A DNA stretch of 64,000 nt, taken from positions 1 to 64,000 of IMG/VR virus record IMGVR_UViG_2545824688_000002. One strand, written 5' to 3'. The notes under the pieces are model-generated. The model did not search any database. It was given only the letters and a program-made list of their open reading frames with translations, and had not been told where the DNA came from. Shown one piece after another: positions 19,978 through 29,042 of this stretch (its first letter is position 1; each line of letters starts with the position of its first letter). The stretch comes from a virus (Duplodnaviria; Caudoviricetes). The position numbers and the translations under genes are program-made.

Positions 19978-20570
19978 CTATCTTCGCCGCCTCCTTTTGA
20001 CTGGACCGTGACCGCCCGCCATTTTCTCAACTTCTTCCGCCGCCTTCCGCTCGTCCTCGAGCACTACCGCCATACTCGCGTACATGAACCGTCTAGGACC
20101 GTCAGGGGCGTTATAGACCTCGTGCGGCATGCGGCCGGTTCGCTGAAAAATTTCGTGGAGTAAATACGCCTCACCGCCGCCGCGAATTAGTTTTTTAGTT
20201 CGTCATGATCCGTCCCGAAACCGGACAAATTGTGGATGGCTGTAACGAGCTTGACGATCTCGCCTGGGAGTAGCCGTTTGCCAATTGCCTCCTCTGCTGT
20301 CTGTACGCCAAGGCCCGCGAGTAGCTTCGGGTCGTTCCAGTTCGGCTCTACGCAGCAATGCGCGATCATGAGCAGGCTGAACTTGTCTTCGTCGAATTTT
20401 TCTCCGCCTTTAACTGGGTAGGTCGCTTTTTCAACGAGCCGCTTCCGCTCTTTCTCGTCCAGGGCCCGTACTCGAAACGATGCCTCTTCGCCAAAACGGC
20501 GCATTGGCACGTCCTTTTCCGGTTTAAACTCCGCGTCAAGTAACGCTTGAATCAGGTTAAACTCCGCCAT
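19978..20570 (-). CDS. Tail assembly chaperone XkdN (20187-20570) with -1 frameshift extension
   Basis: LLPGEI...LSGF...ELKN; slippery A AAA AAC at 20190-20196; -1 frame open to TAG at 19978. Confidence 0.85.
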
Positions 20571-20631
20571 CTATAAATCATCCTCCGTAGGTTGTTTTCG
20601 AAATCAAAAAGGAGTGGCCGAAGCCACTCCT

Positions 20632-21072
20632 TTAGTTCTCCGTAATCGGATCGAGCCATTCCACGCCGTCGTACACAAACGGCCACTCTTCCTCTACTAG
20701 CGCGCCGTGTTCGAAACGTGCGACGTCAACCTTCGTGAATTGAACGCCCTTTAAGCGAACCCGCTCAAAGCCGTACGCCTCGGGATCGGCGGTTTTCATG
20801 ATGATCTCGCAAACAAACGCGCCTCTCCGATTGTCGAAGACCTGCGCCACTTTCCGCGCTAAGTCTGAAGTAACTTTATACCCAGTCAGGGTTCCGTTGT
20901 ACTCGATGCCAACGACCTTATTCCCGTCCGCCCGACTGCCGGAACGCTTAACTTTCTCGTACTGAAATTCGGCCGTGGCCTCCGCACTATGGAAGTTCGT
21001 TAACCACTCGCCGTCCATCCAGATTTCACCGAATTTACCGTTTATGACCCTGGTCGAATCAAGCTCTGGCAT
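20632..21072 (-). CDS. Tail tube protein XkdM
   Basis: VINGKFGEIW.DG, DPEAYGFERV. Confidence 0.9.
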   Translation of the reverse strand: MPELDSTRVINGKFGEIWMDGEWLTNFHSAEATAEFQYEKVKRSGSRADGNKVVGIEYNGTLTGYKVTSDLARKVAQVFDNRRGAFVCEIIMKTADPEAYGFERVRLKGVQFTKVDVARFEHGALVEEEWPFVYDGVEWLDPITEN

Positions 21073-21088
21073 CTATTTTCACCGTCCT

Positions 21089-22135
21089 TTATACGTTAAC
21101 TGTCAGGAAAATCCGCTCGATACTGTCGACGTGAGCGAACGAAATCAGCAGGTACACCGAATCGCCCACGGAGTCGTAGTCGGGATCGAGCATTACAACT
21201 GGCCCCATCAGGACGTTGCTCGCTTCCAACCGCTCAAGGTACGCCTTGATTGCGGAAATAAGCGCCGCCTGCCCGTCCGGGTTGTTGTCGATCTTGCCGA
21301 TATACGCGTCCGCCGCCGTCTGCGTAATGTCGGTCGCAATCGCTTGGCGAGCGCGAATCACCCGGATTTTCTTACCGGAAGTTACGAGGCCCTGAACGAC
21401 CTTGACCTTCTCGCCGTCGTTAATTAGAACGAGCGACCCCGCCTTGAGTGCGTCGCGTACCTGCGTTGGCGTCAAGCGCTTGTTCACGTCATCCAGCGCC
21501 ACCTGCGCGTACGTGATCGCCTTGTTGATCGCCGTCCCAGCGATAAGGCCTGCAATGTAAGGCGCGTACTCTGCGGACGTGTACGTTTTGCCGCTCAACG
21601 TTCCACCAACGATCAGATTCGCGATATAGTCGTGCTTCAAGCGTGCTGATCGCGCGTTGCCAAGCGCAGGGTCGGCGTCATCGTCCGCCGTGCCACCGGC
21701 CACGAACATAAAATGCTTGCCCTCCGTCCGGTTTCGTTCGACCCACGCTTTTGTCAGGTCTTGTTCGGACGCGTCCGCCTCCTGGTCGAAGACGAACACG
21801 TTGAACGAGCGCGAATCGAACGCGTCACGCATATCTACGTAGTCGGACGGTTGAGGATCGGCAGGCATCGTATAGACGAGCACCTCTTTCGCGCCGCCCA
21901 TAAGGACAAGCCGGATAGACGCGAGGTTGTCCGCGCCGAACAGGTCCTGTGCCTCTTTCTCCTTGCTTACCGTGTAAAATTGCTTGGCTGTCGCCTTGGC
22001 TCCGTACTTGAGCAACGGAAGGGCGACGATACCCCGCGCCCCGCCTTTGATCGCAGCCGCTGCAGCCTCTACGAAATTGGTATATAGGCCGGGCTCAATC
22101 GGAAGGTCGGTCGGGTCCCACGTTCCACTAGCCAT
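21089..22135 (-). CDS. Tail sheath protein (XkdK-like)
   Basis: GTW...PGLYTNF, YIGKIDNNPDGQ, DSIERIF. Confidence 0.88.
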   Translation of the reverse strand: MASGTWDPTDLPIEPGLYTNFVEAAAAAIKGGARGIVALPLLKYGAKATAKQFYTVSKEKEAQDLFGADNLASIRLVLMGGAKEVLVYTMPADPQPSDYVDMRDAFDSRSFNVFVFDQEADASEQDLTKAWVERNRTEGKHFMFVAGGTADDDADPALGNARSARLKHDYIANLIVGGTLSGKTYTSAEYAPYIAGLIAGTAINKAITYAQVALDDVNKRLTPTQVRDALKAGSLVLINDGEKVKVVQGLVTSGKKIRVIRARQAIATDITQTAADAYIGKIDNNPDGQAALISAIKAYLERLEASNVLMGPVVMLDPDYDSVGDSVYLLISFAHVDSIERIFLTVNV

Positions 22136-22173
22136 CGAATCACTCCTTCGTTGGAAAATAAAAGGCCGGGCTT

Positions 22174-22635
22174 TCACCCGACCGGAATCCGCAACTCATA
22201 TCGCGGATAAACGTGCATAATTTTGTCGTATTGTTCTTGCGTCCGTGCCTGCCGTACCTCCGTCTGCAGCACGCCCACACACGCCCACAGACCGCTCTCC
22301 GTCCGAAAGGCCGCGCTATAGGCAAAGCTGTCCGTACGGATATACCGGAGCGTTCCCAAAATCGGAATCATCGTCGTCTTGTCGTTCACCTTTCGGGACA
22401 CCGTGTCCATCCGTTCGAGAACGGTCGGAGAGTCTTCGCCAAAAATGACGACCTGATACGCGCGGTCAATCCGGTAGTGGTATCGCGTCTCCGATTCGGT
22501 GTCCGTCGTCAGCATACGTACAACAACGGTGTTCTTCGTTGGTTTCGAAGGGACTTCGTTCTTAATCTGCGCGGTTGACGGCAGGACGGACTCGATAAAT
22601 ACGCTGACGGACTCAAGATCGTTGGCTTGCGTCAC
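22174..22635 (-). CDS. Putative tail terminator
   Basis: Position between the gp10-like gene and the sheath; size. Confidence 0.55.
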   Translation of the reverse strand: MTQANDLESVSVFIESVLPSTAQIKNEVPSKPTKNTVVVRMLTTDTESETRYHYRIDRAYQVVIFGEDSPTVLERMDTVSRKVNDKTTMIPILGTLRYIRTDSFAYSAAFRTESGLWACVGVLQTEVRQARTQEQYDKIMHVYPRYELRIPVG

Positions 22636-22641
22636 TTTCCG

Positions 22642-23064
22642 TCACCATCCGTCCTTTTTGAGTTCGCGGCGAATTTCGTTCTCTATCTCGCGCACCCACT
22701 TCTTCTCGTTCTCTTTTGCGGGAAGATCGAGGAACTTCGCCTCTGTGCCGGGCGTGGTTGGGTTGGTAATCTTGCCCTTGACCTCGTGCAAATAGTACGC
22801 GTAGTTGAAGCGTGGCCATTTCGGACTGTCTTCGATTGCGATAGCCGTTACCTCGCCGACCATATCGAGGCCATCGCCCTCTATTCGCGTATCGATGCCG
22901 CGCCGCAACGTTCCCTTGTCCAAGGGCGCGATGTCAACCGCCTCCTGCCGCCACTCGTCCAACGCATCGTGCATGCCGCGCTTGGCCGCCTTGAACACGG
23001 TTTCCGGCACCTTTTCGAGCGCCTCCGCAAATTTGGAGAAGTCTATCGTTAACTCGCGCGCCAT
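22642..23064 (-). CDS. HK97 gp10-like tail completion protein
   Basis: APLDKGTLR, YAYYLHE, AKFL. Confidence 0.8.
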   Translation of the reverse strand: MARELTIDFSKFAEALEKVPETVFKAAKRGMHDALDEWRQEAVDIAPLDKGTLRRGIDTRIEGDGLDMVGEVTAIAIEDSPKWPRFNYAYYLHEVKGKITNPTTPGTEAKFLDLPAKENEKKWVREIENEIRRELKKDGW

Positions 23065-23429
23065 TAAACGTCCACCACCGTTATCAAAGACTTTCCGTTA
23101 AGCCACGGTTTCACTGCGATATTCAACGGCCTGTATTCGAGTGTGTTGCCGTTATCGTCAATGTACGTGAGCTTGTCGTAATAGCCGAGGTGCGGGTGCT
23201 TGTCGAAAATGAACGAGCCGACCGATACGACTTCTTGCGCGGTCACGCCGTGGACACCGCCCGATCCCGTTGCCGACCGGACGAGTTTCGTACCCTGCGT
23301 GAACCGGCACTTGAGTGTGAACGGCTCGCCCGTGATCGGTCGGTCGTAGCGGTCCGTCACCGGATTGCCGTCCTCATCGCGTAAAACTGGCGTAACGGTT
23401 ACGCGTTGTTTCAACGGAACTATCGCCAT
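23064..23429 (-). CDS. Putative head closure protein
   Basis: Synteny in the head-tail joining block. Confidence 0.55.
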   Translation of the reverse strand: MAIVPLKQRVTVTPVLRDEDGNPVTDRYDRPITGEPFTLKCRFTQGTKLVRSATGSGGVHGVTAQEVVSVGSFIFDKHPHLGYYDKLTYIDDNGNTLEYRPLNIAVKPWLNGKSLITVVDV

Positions 23430-23824
23430 TACATCACGCTCCATCCTACGCGACGTCTCGATGGGCTCGGCAGGTCTGTGTTGTCCGGGTCCTCACCGAT
23501 AATGTCGAGCGCTGGTTGTGGAATTAAGTCAGCCAGTTCGCGCGCCCAATCTCGGAAAGTGAACGAGGCCACGCCCGTCAGCGAGAACGACTGGACGCCC
23601 TGGATCGCGAGCTTATTCTGATCGTTAAATGCCGTAGCAAACGCCGCCGCCGTCTCGTAAACGGCCGCGTCAGGAATCGTATATTTCGGGAACCGGGTCG
23701 TCAGCGTGCGAGAGGCGACGTTCAGCAATCGTGTTTTACTCGCTTCGTCCGCATCAAACCAGTCCTCGACAACGATCACCCATTCCGCGATATAGGCGTC
23801 CGCTGCCGCAATACTTATCGCCAT
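23429..23824 (-). CDS. Head-tail connector/adaptor
   Basis: AAADAYI...LLNVASR, GVQSFSL. Confidence 0.65.
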   Translation of the reverse strand: MAISIAAADAYIAEWVIVVEDWFDADEASKTRLLNVASRTLTTRFPKYTIPDAAVYETAAAFATAFNDQNKLAIQGVQSFSLTGVASFTFRDWARELADLIPQPALDIIGEDPDNTDLPSPSRRRVGWSVM

Positions 23825-23845
23825 AGAGCGAATCCCTCCGTTCGG

Positions 23846-24064
23846 TTACTTTGCGGAGGATTTACGCGCTGGCTTGGCGGGCGCTTCGGGCTCCTCCGTC
23901 TTTGGTTCGGGTTCGTCAACGCGTTTGATCCACGTCGGACACAACGCGTCAAGCACCGCGATCTCTTTCGGATCGTCCGTGCGGTATTGGCCGAAATAAT
24001 CGAAATGAATCGTGCGACCGCCGACATTCACCGCGTACGCCGGGTGTGCTTTGTACTGCGCCAT
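23846..24064 (-). CDS. Small head-region protein
   Basis: GGGAGG RBS; in operon. Confidence 0.6.
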   Translation of the reverse strand: MAQYKAHPAYAVNVGGRTIHFDYFGQYRTDDPKEIAVLDALCPTWIKRVDEPEPKTEEPEAPAKPARKSSAK

Positions 24065-24076
24065 GCTGTCGCCTCC

Positions 24077-24511
24077 CTACGCCATGATTCCGGCGGCCTT
24101 CAATTTCGCCAGTAGAGCGTTGAAATCCGTCACAAGGCCCGCGATATCCGTTGCGGTACTGTTCGCTTGTGTGGCCGCCTTGGTTGCCGTCAGCTTTCCG
24201 TCGAGTGCCGTTTGGAGACCGGTAACATTGGCGATTGTGTGCGTATGGTTTCCGGCTGCTGCCGTCGATGCCGTTGTGCCGAGCGCGAGGTTAGACGTGC
24301 CCGCGCCGATTGCCGTCCGCGCTGCGGCGGCGTCGGTGGCGGTCAGAACGCTCTTTCCAACGGCGGTTGCGTCCGTGATTTGGGCGGATGTTACGCTAGT
24401 GCCGCCGGACTCTCCCTCTTGCAGCGCCTTTATGATATCGCCGAGTTTTACGTCGTTTGCGACAGGCATACTTTCGTTCAAGCGCTGTCTGTCTCTATCT
24501 GTAATTGGCAC
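24077..24511 (-). CDS. Head fibre / decoration protein
   Basis: ITDATAVGKSVL, HTHTIANVTGL, STATDIAGLVTDFNALLAKLKAAG. Confidence 0.75.
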   Translation of the reverse strand: MPITDRDRQRLNESMPVANDVKLGDIIKALQEGESGGTSVTSAQITDATAVGKSVLTATDAAAARTAIGAGTSNLALGTTASTAAAGNHTHTIANVTGLQTALDGKLTATKAATQANSTATDIAGLVTDFNALLAKLKAAGIMA

Positions 24512-24562
24512 GAGTGCATTCCTCCTTCTCATAAAGAAAGGGCGGTCAGCGCCGCCCGATCA

Positions 24563-25687
24563 TTAGGAAACAGTTGTAGAGATGTTTTCGAGGATCGCGA
24601 CCTTCTCTTTCGCGTTCTTAACCTTGATACCGTACTCGCCGCGAATCTGACGAGCAACAAAGTCCGCGCCAGGAACGTCTGCCGATACGTCATACAGCGA
24701 GCGGAGGGCGTGCATGGACAGAATGTTGCGGTCGAACAGTACCATCTTGTTTTTCGGCATGTTCGGGTCGACCACGATCACCGCTTCGCTGCCGCCGGTA
24801 ATGTCGGAAACGAACGTAGAAATGCGGTGACCGGTTCTTTCGTCGGTTTGAACGGTACGGATCGTATCGCTCGCGAGTTTCGAAATCTGACGCGCCCCTG
24901 CGGTATTGGTCAGGATTGTATTGACGTTACCGCCGCGCAAGTAGACCTCTTCCATGAGTGCGTTCAAGTCCTTGGCTCCGACTTCCGCCCCGTTCAGATT
25001 CTTCTTGGCCGCGCCCTTCTTGTCCGCGAAATACAACAGACCGCCTGTTGTGCTCGGAGTACCTTTGGAAGCCTCGATACGGCGGCCGTAAATCAACCAG
25101 TCGTTCATTTCTCGCGCCAGCTCTTTCATACGGAGTTCAACCTGGTAGTTCAACTCGTTCGAAACGTTGTAAGTTTTTACGGCCATTTGCGTGTTGGATA
25201 CGGCAGCATAGCGCTCGATGATTTGAGTGTAGTTGTAATCTGTATAACGGTCGTGTCCTTCATCTTGGCCCGGCCCCGCGCCTTGCAATTGCGGACGCGC
25301 TACGATACGAAGTTCAGCACCAGCCGCGAGGTCAGCCGCCGTCGTACCGTCAAATCCACGAATAACAGTGATCGTGTCACCGTTAACGGCGGTTACTTTC
25401 ATGTACTCCTCGCCAGAGACGACGATTGCGTTCACGCGGAATTTTTCGCCGTCACCGTCGTTAACCACAATGTCCGTAGTGGCGGCAGTCGCGGCAGTCT
25501 TCACGTTAGCGCGGTTGGAGTTCAAGTTATCGCTCATCCACTCAAATTTCGTCTGCGTCAGCGGCTCTCCACTCAACCCTACCAGTCCGAGCAGCGTGGG
25601 AGAGTCACTGATAATCAGGTCAATACCGGCAGAAAGATCGCGTACTTGGTCTTTAAAGTCGTAAGTAAAGTTCATTGGTTGTCCCAT
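24563..25687 (-). CDS. Major capsid protein (DUF5309/SU10-like)
   Basis: DLSAGIDLI..TPLL-like start, KFEW..D, NYTQI, GEYGI; follows the scaffold gene. Confidence 0.85.
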   Translation of the reverse strand: MGQPMNFTYDFKDQVRDLSAGIDLIISDSPTLLGLVGLSGEPLTQTKFEWMSDNLNSNRANVKTAATAATTDIVVNDGDGEKFRVNAIVVSGEEYMKVTAVNGDTITVIRGFDGTTAADLAAGAELRIVARPQLQGAGPGQDEGHDRYTDYNYTQIIERYAAVSNTQMAVKTYNVSNELNYQVELRMKELAREMNDWLIYGRRIEASKGTPSTTGGLLYFADKKGAAKKNLNGAEVGAKDLNALMEEVYLRGGNVNTILTNTAGARQISKLASDTIRTVQTDERTGHRISTFVSDITGGSEAVIVVDPNMPKNKMVLFDRNILSMHALRSLYDVSADVPGADFVARQIRGEYGIKVKNAKEKVAILENISTTVS

Positions 25688-25742
25688 AAATTAGAATCCT
25701 CCTTGTTTTGGAAAAATAAATAGCCGCCAATTTAATCAGCGA

Positions 25743-26447
25743 CTACTTTTTCAAAAGGGCTTGTATTTTGTTCGAAAGTTCGACTACCTTGCTAAAATTA
25801 CGCTGTTTCTTGGCGTCCTCGAGTTGGGCTTCCAACGTCTTCGCCTCGTCGTTATTGCTGTACCCCGAAGGCCCTCCGATTGTTTTCGGCTCCTTCTTCG
25901 CCTGCTCAACGAGATACGATTTGCCCGCGATCAACGATTCAATGACCGCCTTCACGCCGTCCACATTCCCGTCTTCATCCACGGTAACACCGGAAAAATC
26001 CGCCAGCTTATACGCATCTTCCAGCGCGTCCGCACGGATACCAGCTTCTTTCGCGAGCAACTTAAACTCCGATTTGATCAAGCGTTGGTTCGCGGTAGAC
26101 ATCGTCCGTTGTGCGGCTTCTTCCGCCTCTTGCGCCTTTCTCAGCGCCTCGGCCTTCTCCGCCTCCAAGCGCTCCTGCGCGGTCATTTCCGCTTTCTTAC
26201 GCTCTTCTTCGGCCCTCTCGTACTCTTCCGCCTTTTTCTTGAGGTCGTCATAATCCGCGTACTTTTCGTACTTCTTGCGCTCACGTGCGATGCGGTCTGC
26301 GACGATCTTATCGAGCTCCTCTTGCGTGAACGTTTTCGTCGGCTCGGGATCGGCCGTTGGTGGTTCCGCAGGCGGATCGGTAGGTTCCGGCGTTGGTTCG
26401 GAGAAATACTGCAAATCGATAGGAAAACGGAATTTTGCGTTATTCAT
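25743..26447 (-). CDS. Capsid scaffolding protein
   Basis: IDLQYFSE, KTFTQEELDKIV, coiled coil. Confidence 0.85.
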   Translation of the reverse strand: MNNAKFRFPIDLQYFSEPTPEPTDPPAEPPTADPEPTKTFTQEELDKIVADRIARERKKYEKYADYDDLKKKAEEYERAEEERKKAEMTAQERLEAEKAEALRKAQEAEEAAQRTMSTANQRLIKSEFKLLAKEAGIRADALEDAYKLADFSGVTVDEDGNVDGVKAVIESLIAGKSYLVEQAKKEPKTIGGPSGYSNNDEAKTLEAQLEDAKKQRNFSKVVELSNKIQALLKK

Positions 26448-26532
26448 TCGTTACCTCCACGTTTAAGGTCCGCGTAGACCGTAGATTCCGTTGCAGTTTA
26501 ACGTCATGAACGTTCGGACACGAAAAAGACGC

Positions 26533-27366
26533 CTACTCGGCGTCCGGTTTTATTCGTCGAGGCGTGAGCGTGTGGCGGCAGTTCGGATGAAACAGGGTGC
26601 CCGCCCGTGCCTCGTCAATTGTCGGGTAGTCTCCGGGATAGTCCGAGGACAACTTGAGAATACGGCCTTCCCACTTCGCACAGCCGTCTTTTGCGCCATG
26701 CCGACTGACCTGAAACGTGTACACGTCGCGACCCAGCGCCTCACTTATCGTTGCCTCTCGGTGTGCCTCCGCCATCTTCGTGCGCGTCAGCATATCAACG
26801 TACACTTCTGGCCGCCACCGCCGCCCTGCCGCGTCAATGATTCCGGTATTTACGGAGTCACCGAGCCTCTTTCGCAGACCATCGAGAATATCGCGGCTGA
26901 TCGTGCGTCGCCCGTTCACTCCGCGTGCCATGTTCGCACGCATGGATTCGGCGGTCACCTGACGGACGGCGGCGCGGACTTTCCGCTCGACATTCGTTGT
27001 CACCGCGAGGAGGTCCGCCTGCGTATCCGTAATCACCGCGTCAACCATCGCTTTGTTCATACGGTTGAACTTCGCGATCTTCCGGGCCTCGTCGAACGTG
27101 TCCGCGACGCCGAGCGCGTAGATGGCCGCCGCCACGCCGTCCGTTGCCGCGATTGGCAGATTGCGCGTCACCCATTCGGCGGAAGTTTCGTTCAGCTCGG
27201 TAAGGATACGGACAACTTCGGCAAGCGCCGCCCGTGCGTTGGCGCGCGATAGTTCCGACACGTCCAAGCGTTGGAGTTCGGCGGCAATCCGGTACATGGC
27301 GCGTGTGTACTCGGAGACGAGGCGGGCGATTTCGTATTCGTAATCGGGTTCCGGCGGCTGGCGCAT
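26533..27366 (-). CDS. Minor capsid / head morphogenesis protein
   Basis: DAAGRRW..Y..ML.RT, FHPNCRH. Confidence 0.85.
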   Translation of the reverse strand: MRQPPEPDYEYEIARLVSEYTRAMYRIAAELQRLDVSELSRANARAALAEVVRILTELNETSAEWVTRNLPIAATDGVAAAIYALGVADTFDEARKIAKFNRMNKAMVDAVITDTQADLLAVTTNVERKVRAAVRQVTAESMRANMARGVNGRRTISRDILDGLRKRLGDSVNTGIIDAAGRRWRPEVYVDMLTRTKMAEAHREATISEALGRDVYTFQVSRHGAKDGCAKWEGRILKLSSDYPGDYPTIDEARAGTLFHPNCRHTLTPRRIKPDAE

Positions 27367-27433
27367 TGGTCACCACCCCACCTTCGCGTTGTACCAAAGT
27401 GTTATCGCGAGAGCCAGCGCGATTACTGCGGCT

Positions 27434-29014
27434 TTAAGCCGGTTCACGAGCGCCACCTCCCGGTTCATTAAAAACGGACGAGTCGACGAACCCGGCCGCC
27501 TTCTCATCCGCTTCTATCCGCGCCATAATTTCGCGCGCCTTTTCGTCGTCAACCTCGTCCTGGCGCTTGATCGCGCTCTGAACGTCGATTGTCGGTTTGT
27601 GACCGGTCCGAATCGCCATGATCTCCGCCAATTCCTTTTCGTCACGCGGGATTCCGTCTTTCCACGCGATATTCGGGTACGGCGGATCGTACGAAGTGAA
27701 CTCATCGACGCCTTCGTTCGCGTAGTTTTCGAGAACCATCGCTGTCCATAACGCGTCTCGGAAGGCGCGGTCAACGTGCGTCCGAATCCGCTTGACTTTC
27801 GAGAGGATCGGCATAAACCGTGCCTTGACCGCGACGCCATCGGTGTGTGACGTGCCGGTACCGCCCTTGTCTTCGGAGAGTGTGGTGCCGAATAGCCATT
27901 GCGGTGTTTCGCTCATCTGGAACACGATGCCGAGCAGAATGTCGAGCTCCTTGAACGCACCGTCCAATTGCGAATTCCATGTCATGTATCCGGGTGTGGC
28001 ATCGTCCTTGTCGACCGGAATGTAGCGCCCGGCAAATCGCGTTTCAGCCTCGCCAAGGTCCGGGCCGTAGGCGGTCGGGTCCGAGTGCTTCCACAGGATA
28101 TAGTCGATCTGGACCAGCCGGTCATTGATCGCGGCCAGAACGGATTCGAGCTTTTCGATACCGCTGATTCCGCGCCAATCGATGTCGGTCGTCTTGTACG
28201 GAACGTGGAACACTGGAATACGCGTCAGTCCCGTTTCGACAACGTCCGATTCGCGGCCGGTAGCCACCGCCTCCAAAATCGTAAACGTCTGAATTGGCGC
28301 GTCGTACGTGGTGTCCACGCCGTTTTCCAAGAGCCGGTAGCGTTCGTAGAAGATGAATCCGGGAACGTGACGCTCAACGTTCAGATACGGAACCTCTACG
28401 ACTTCCGGCTGCTTCTTTAGCGAATACTTCTCGATTCCGGGTTTCGTAGGCTCCGCCACCCACTCAACGTACGCGATATTGACCGCCTTGAACCGTTTAC
28501 GGGAGCCGCGTGACAATTCCGGGAACACGTACGACGGGTCGACCGCCTCAATGATCGGTTCGGGCGCGGCAGATACGAGAGGCTTGCCGTCGGCGTCCGC
28601 TGGGACTTCGGACAAATCCTGGCGAACGCCATAGTACACCTTGAGCCACGCGTCTCCACGGATACCTGCGCCGATTACGATTTCGTGACCGAGCTGGTTC
28701 AGGTCGTTCTCTTCAACTATCGAGTTGAGGCGGGTTTGTTCAATGGATGCGTCGGGCTTGCCGGATTCGTAGGACGGGGGCTCTCCGAACATGAGATCGG
28801 CGGGTTTCGTTAGTAATACGTCCATTAAGTTGACCGCGACGTACAGTTTCGCCAATTGCGGCGCGTGCGGTGTGTCGCGCAGTATCTCCGAGGCGCGTTC
28901 GAGGACTTCCGCTTGGCGTCCGTCGAAAATCTTGCCACCGCGATAGTACGTGGCGAGCCGTTCGATGTCGGCGGCTGGCGGGTATTGCGCGCCTGGAACG
29001 AATAGTTTACCGAT
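27434..29014 (-). CDS. Portal protein (SPP1 gp6-like); predicted ATC start
   Basis: Between TerL and the minor capsid gene; AAAGGAGG-8nt-ATC in frame, with TAA two codons upstream. Confidence 0.85.
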   Translation of the reverse strand: MGKLFVPGAQYPPAADIERLATYYRGGKIFDGRQAEVLERASEILRDTPHAPQLAKLYVAVNLMDVLLTKPADLMFGEPPSYESGKPDASIEQTRLNSIVEENDLNQLGHEIVIGAGIRGDAWLKVYYGVRQDLSEVPADADGKPLVSAAPEPIIEAVDPSYVFPELSRGSRKRFKAVNIAYVEWVAEPTKPGIEKYSLKKQPEVVEVPYLNVERHVPGFIFYERYRLLENGVDTTYDAPIQTFTILEAVATGRESDVVETGLTRIPVFHVPYKTTDIDWRGISGIEKLESVLAAINDRLVQIDYILWKHSDPTAYGPDLGEAETRFAGRYIPVDKDDATPGYMTWNSQLDGAFKELDILLGIVFQMSETPQWLFGTTLSEDKGGTGTSHTDGVAVKARFMPILSKVKRIRTHVDRAFRDALWTAMVLENYANEGVDEFTSYDPPYPNIAWKDGIPRDEKELAEIMAIRTGHKPTIDVQSAIKRQDEVDDEKAREIMARIEADEKAAGFVDSSVFNEPGGGAREPA

Positions 29015-29042
29015 GGGTTACGCCTCCTTTCGTTTGGGATTG

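Noticed and set aside
24167-25723. Long plus-strand ORFs (518 aa here; also 52680-53708, 18835-19635, 26491-27252)
   Set aside because: Antisense shadows of well-supported minus-strand genes in GC-rich DNA, with no RBS or motifs
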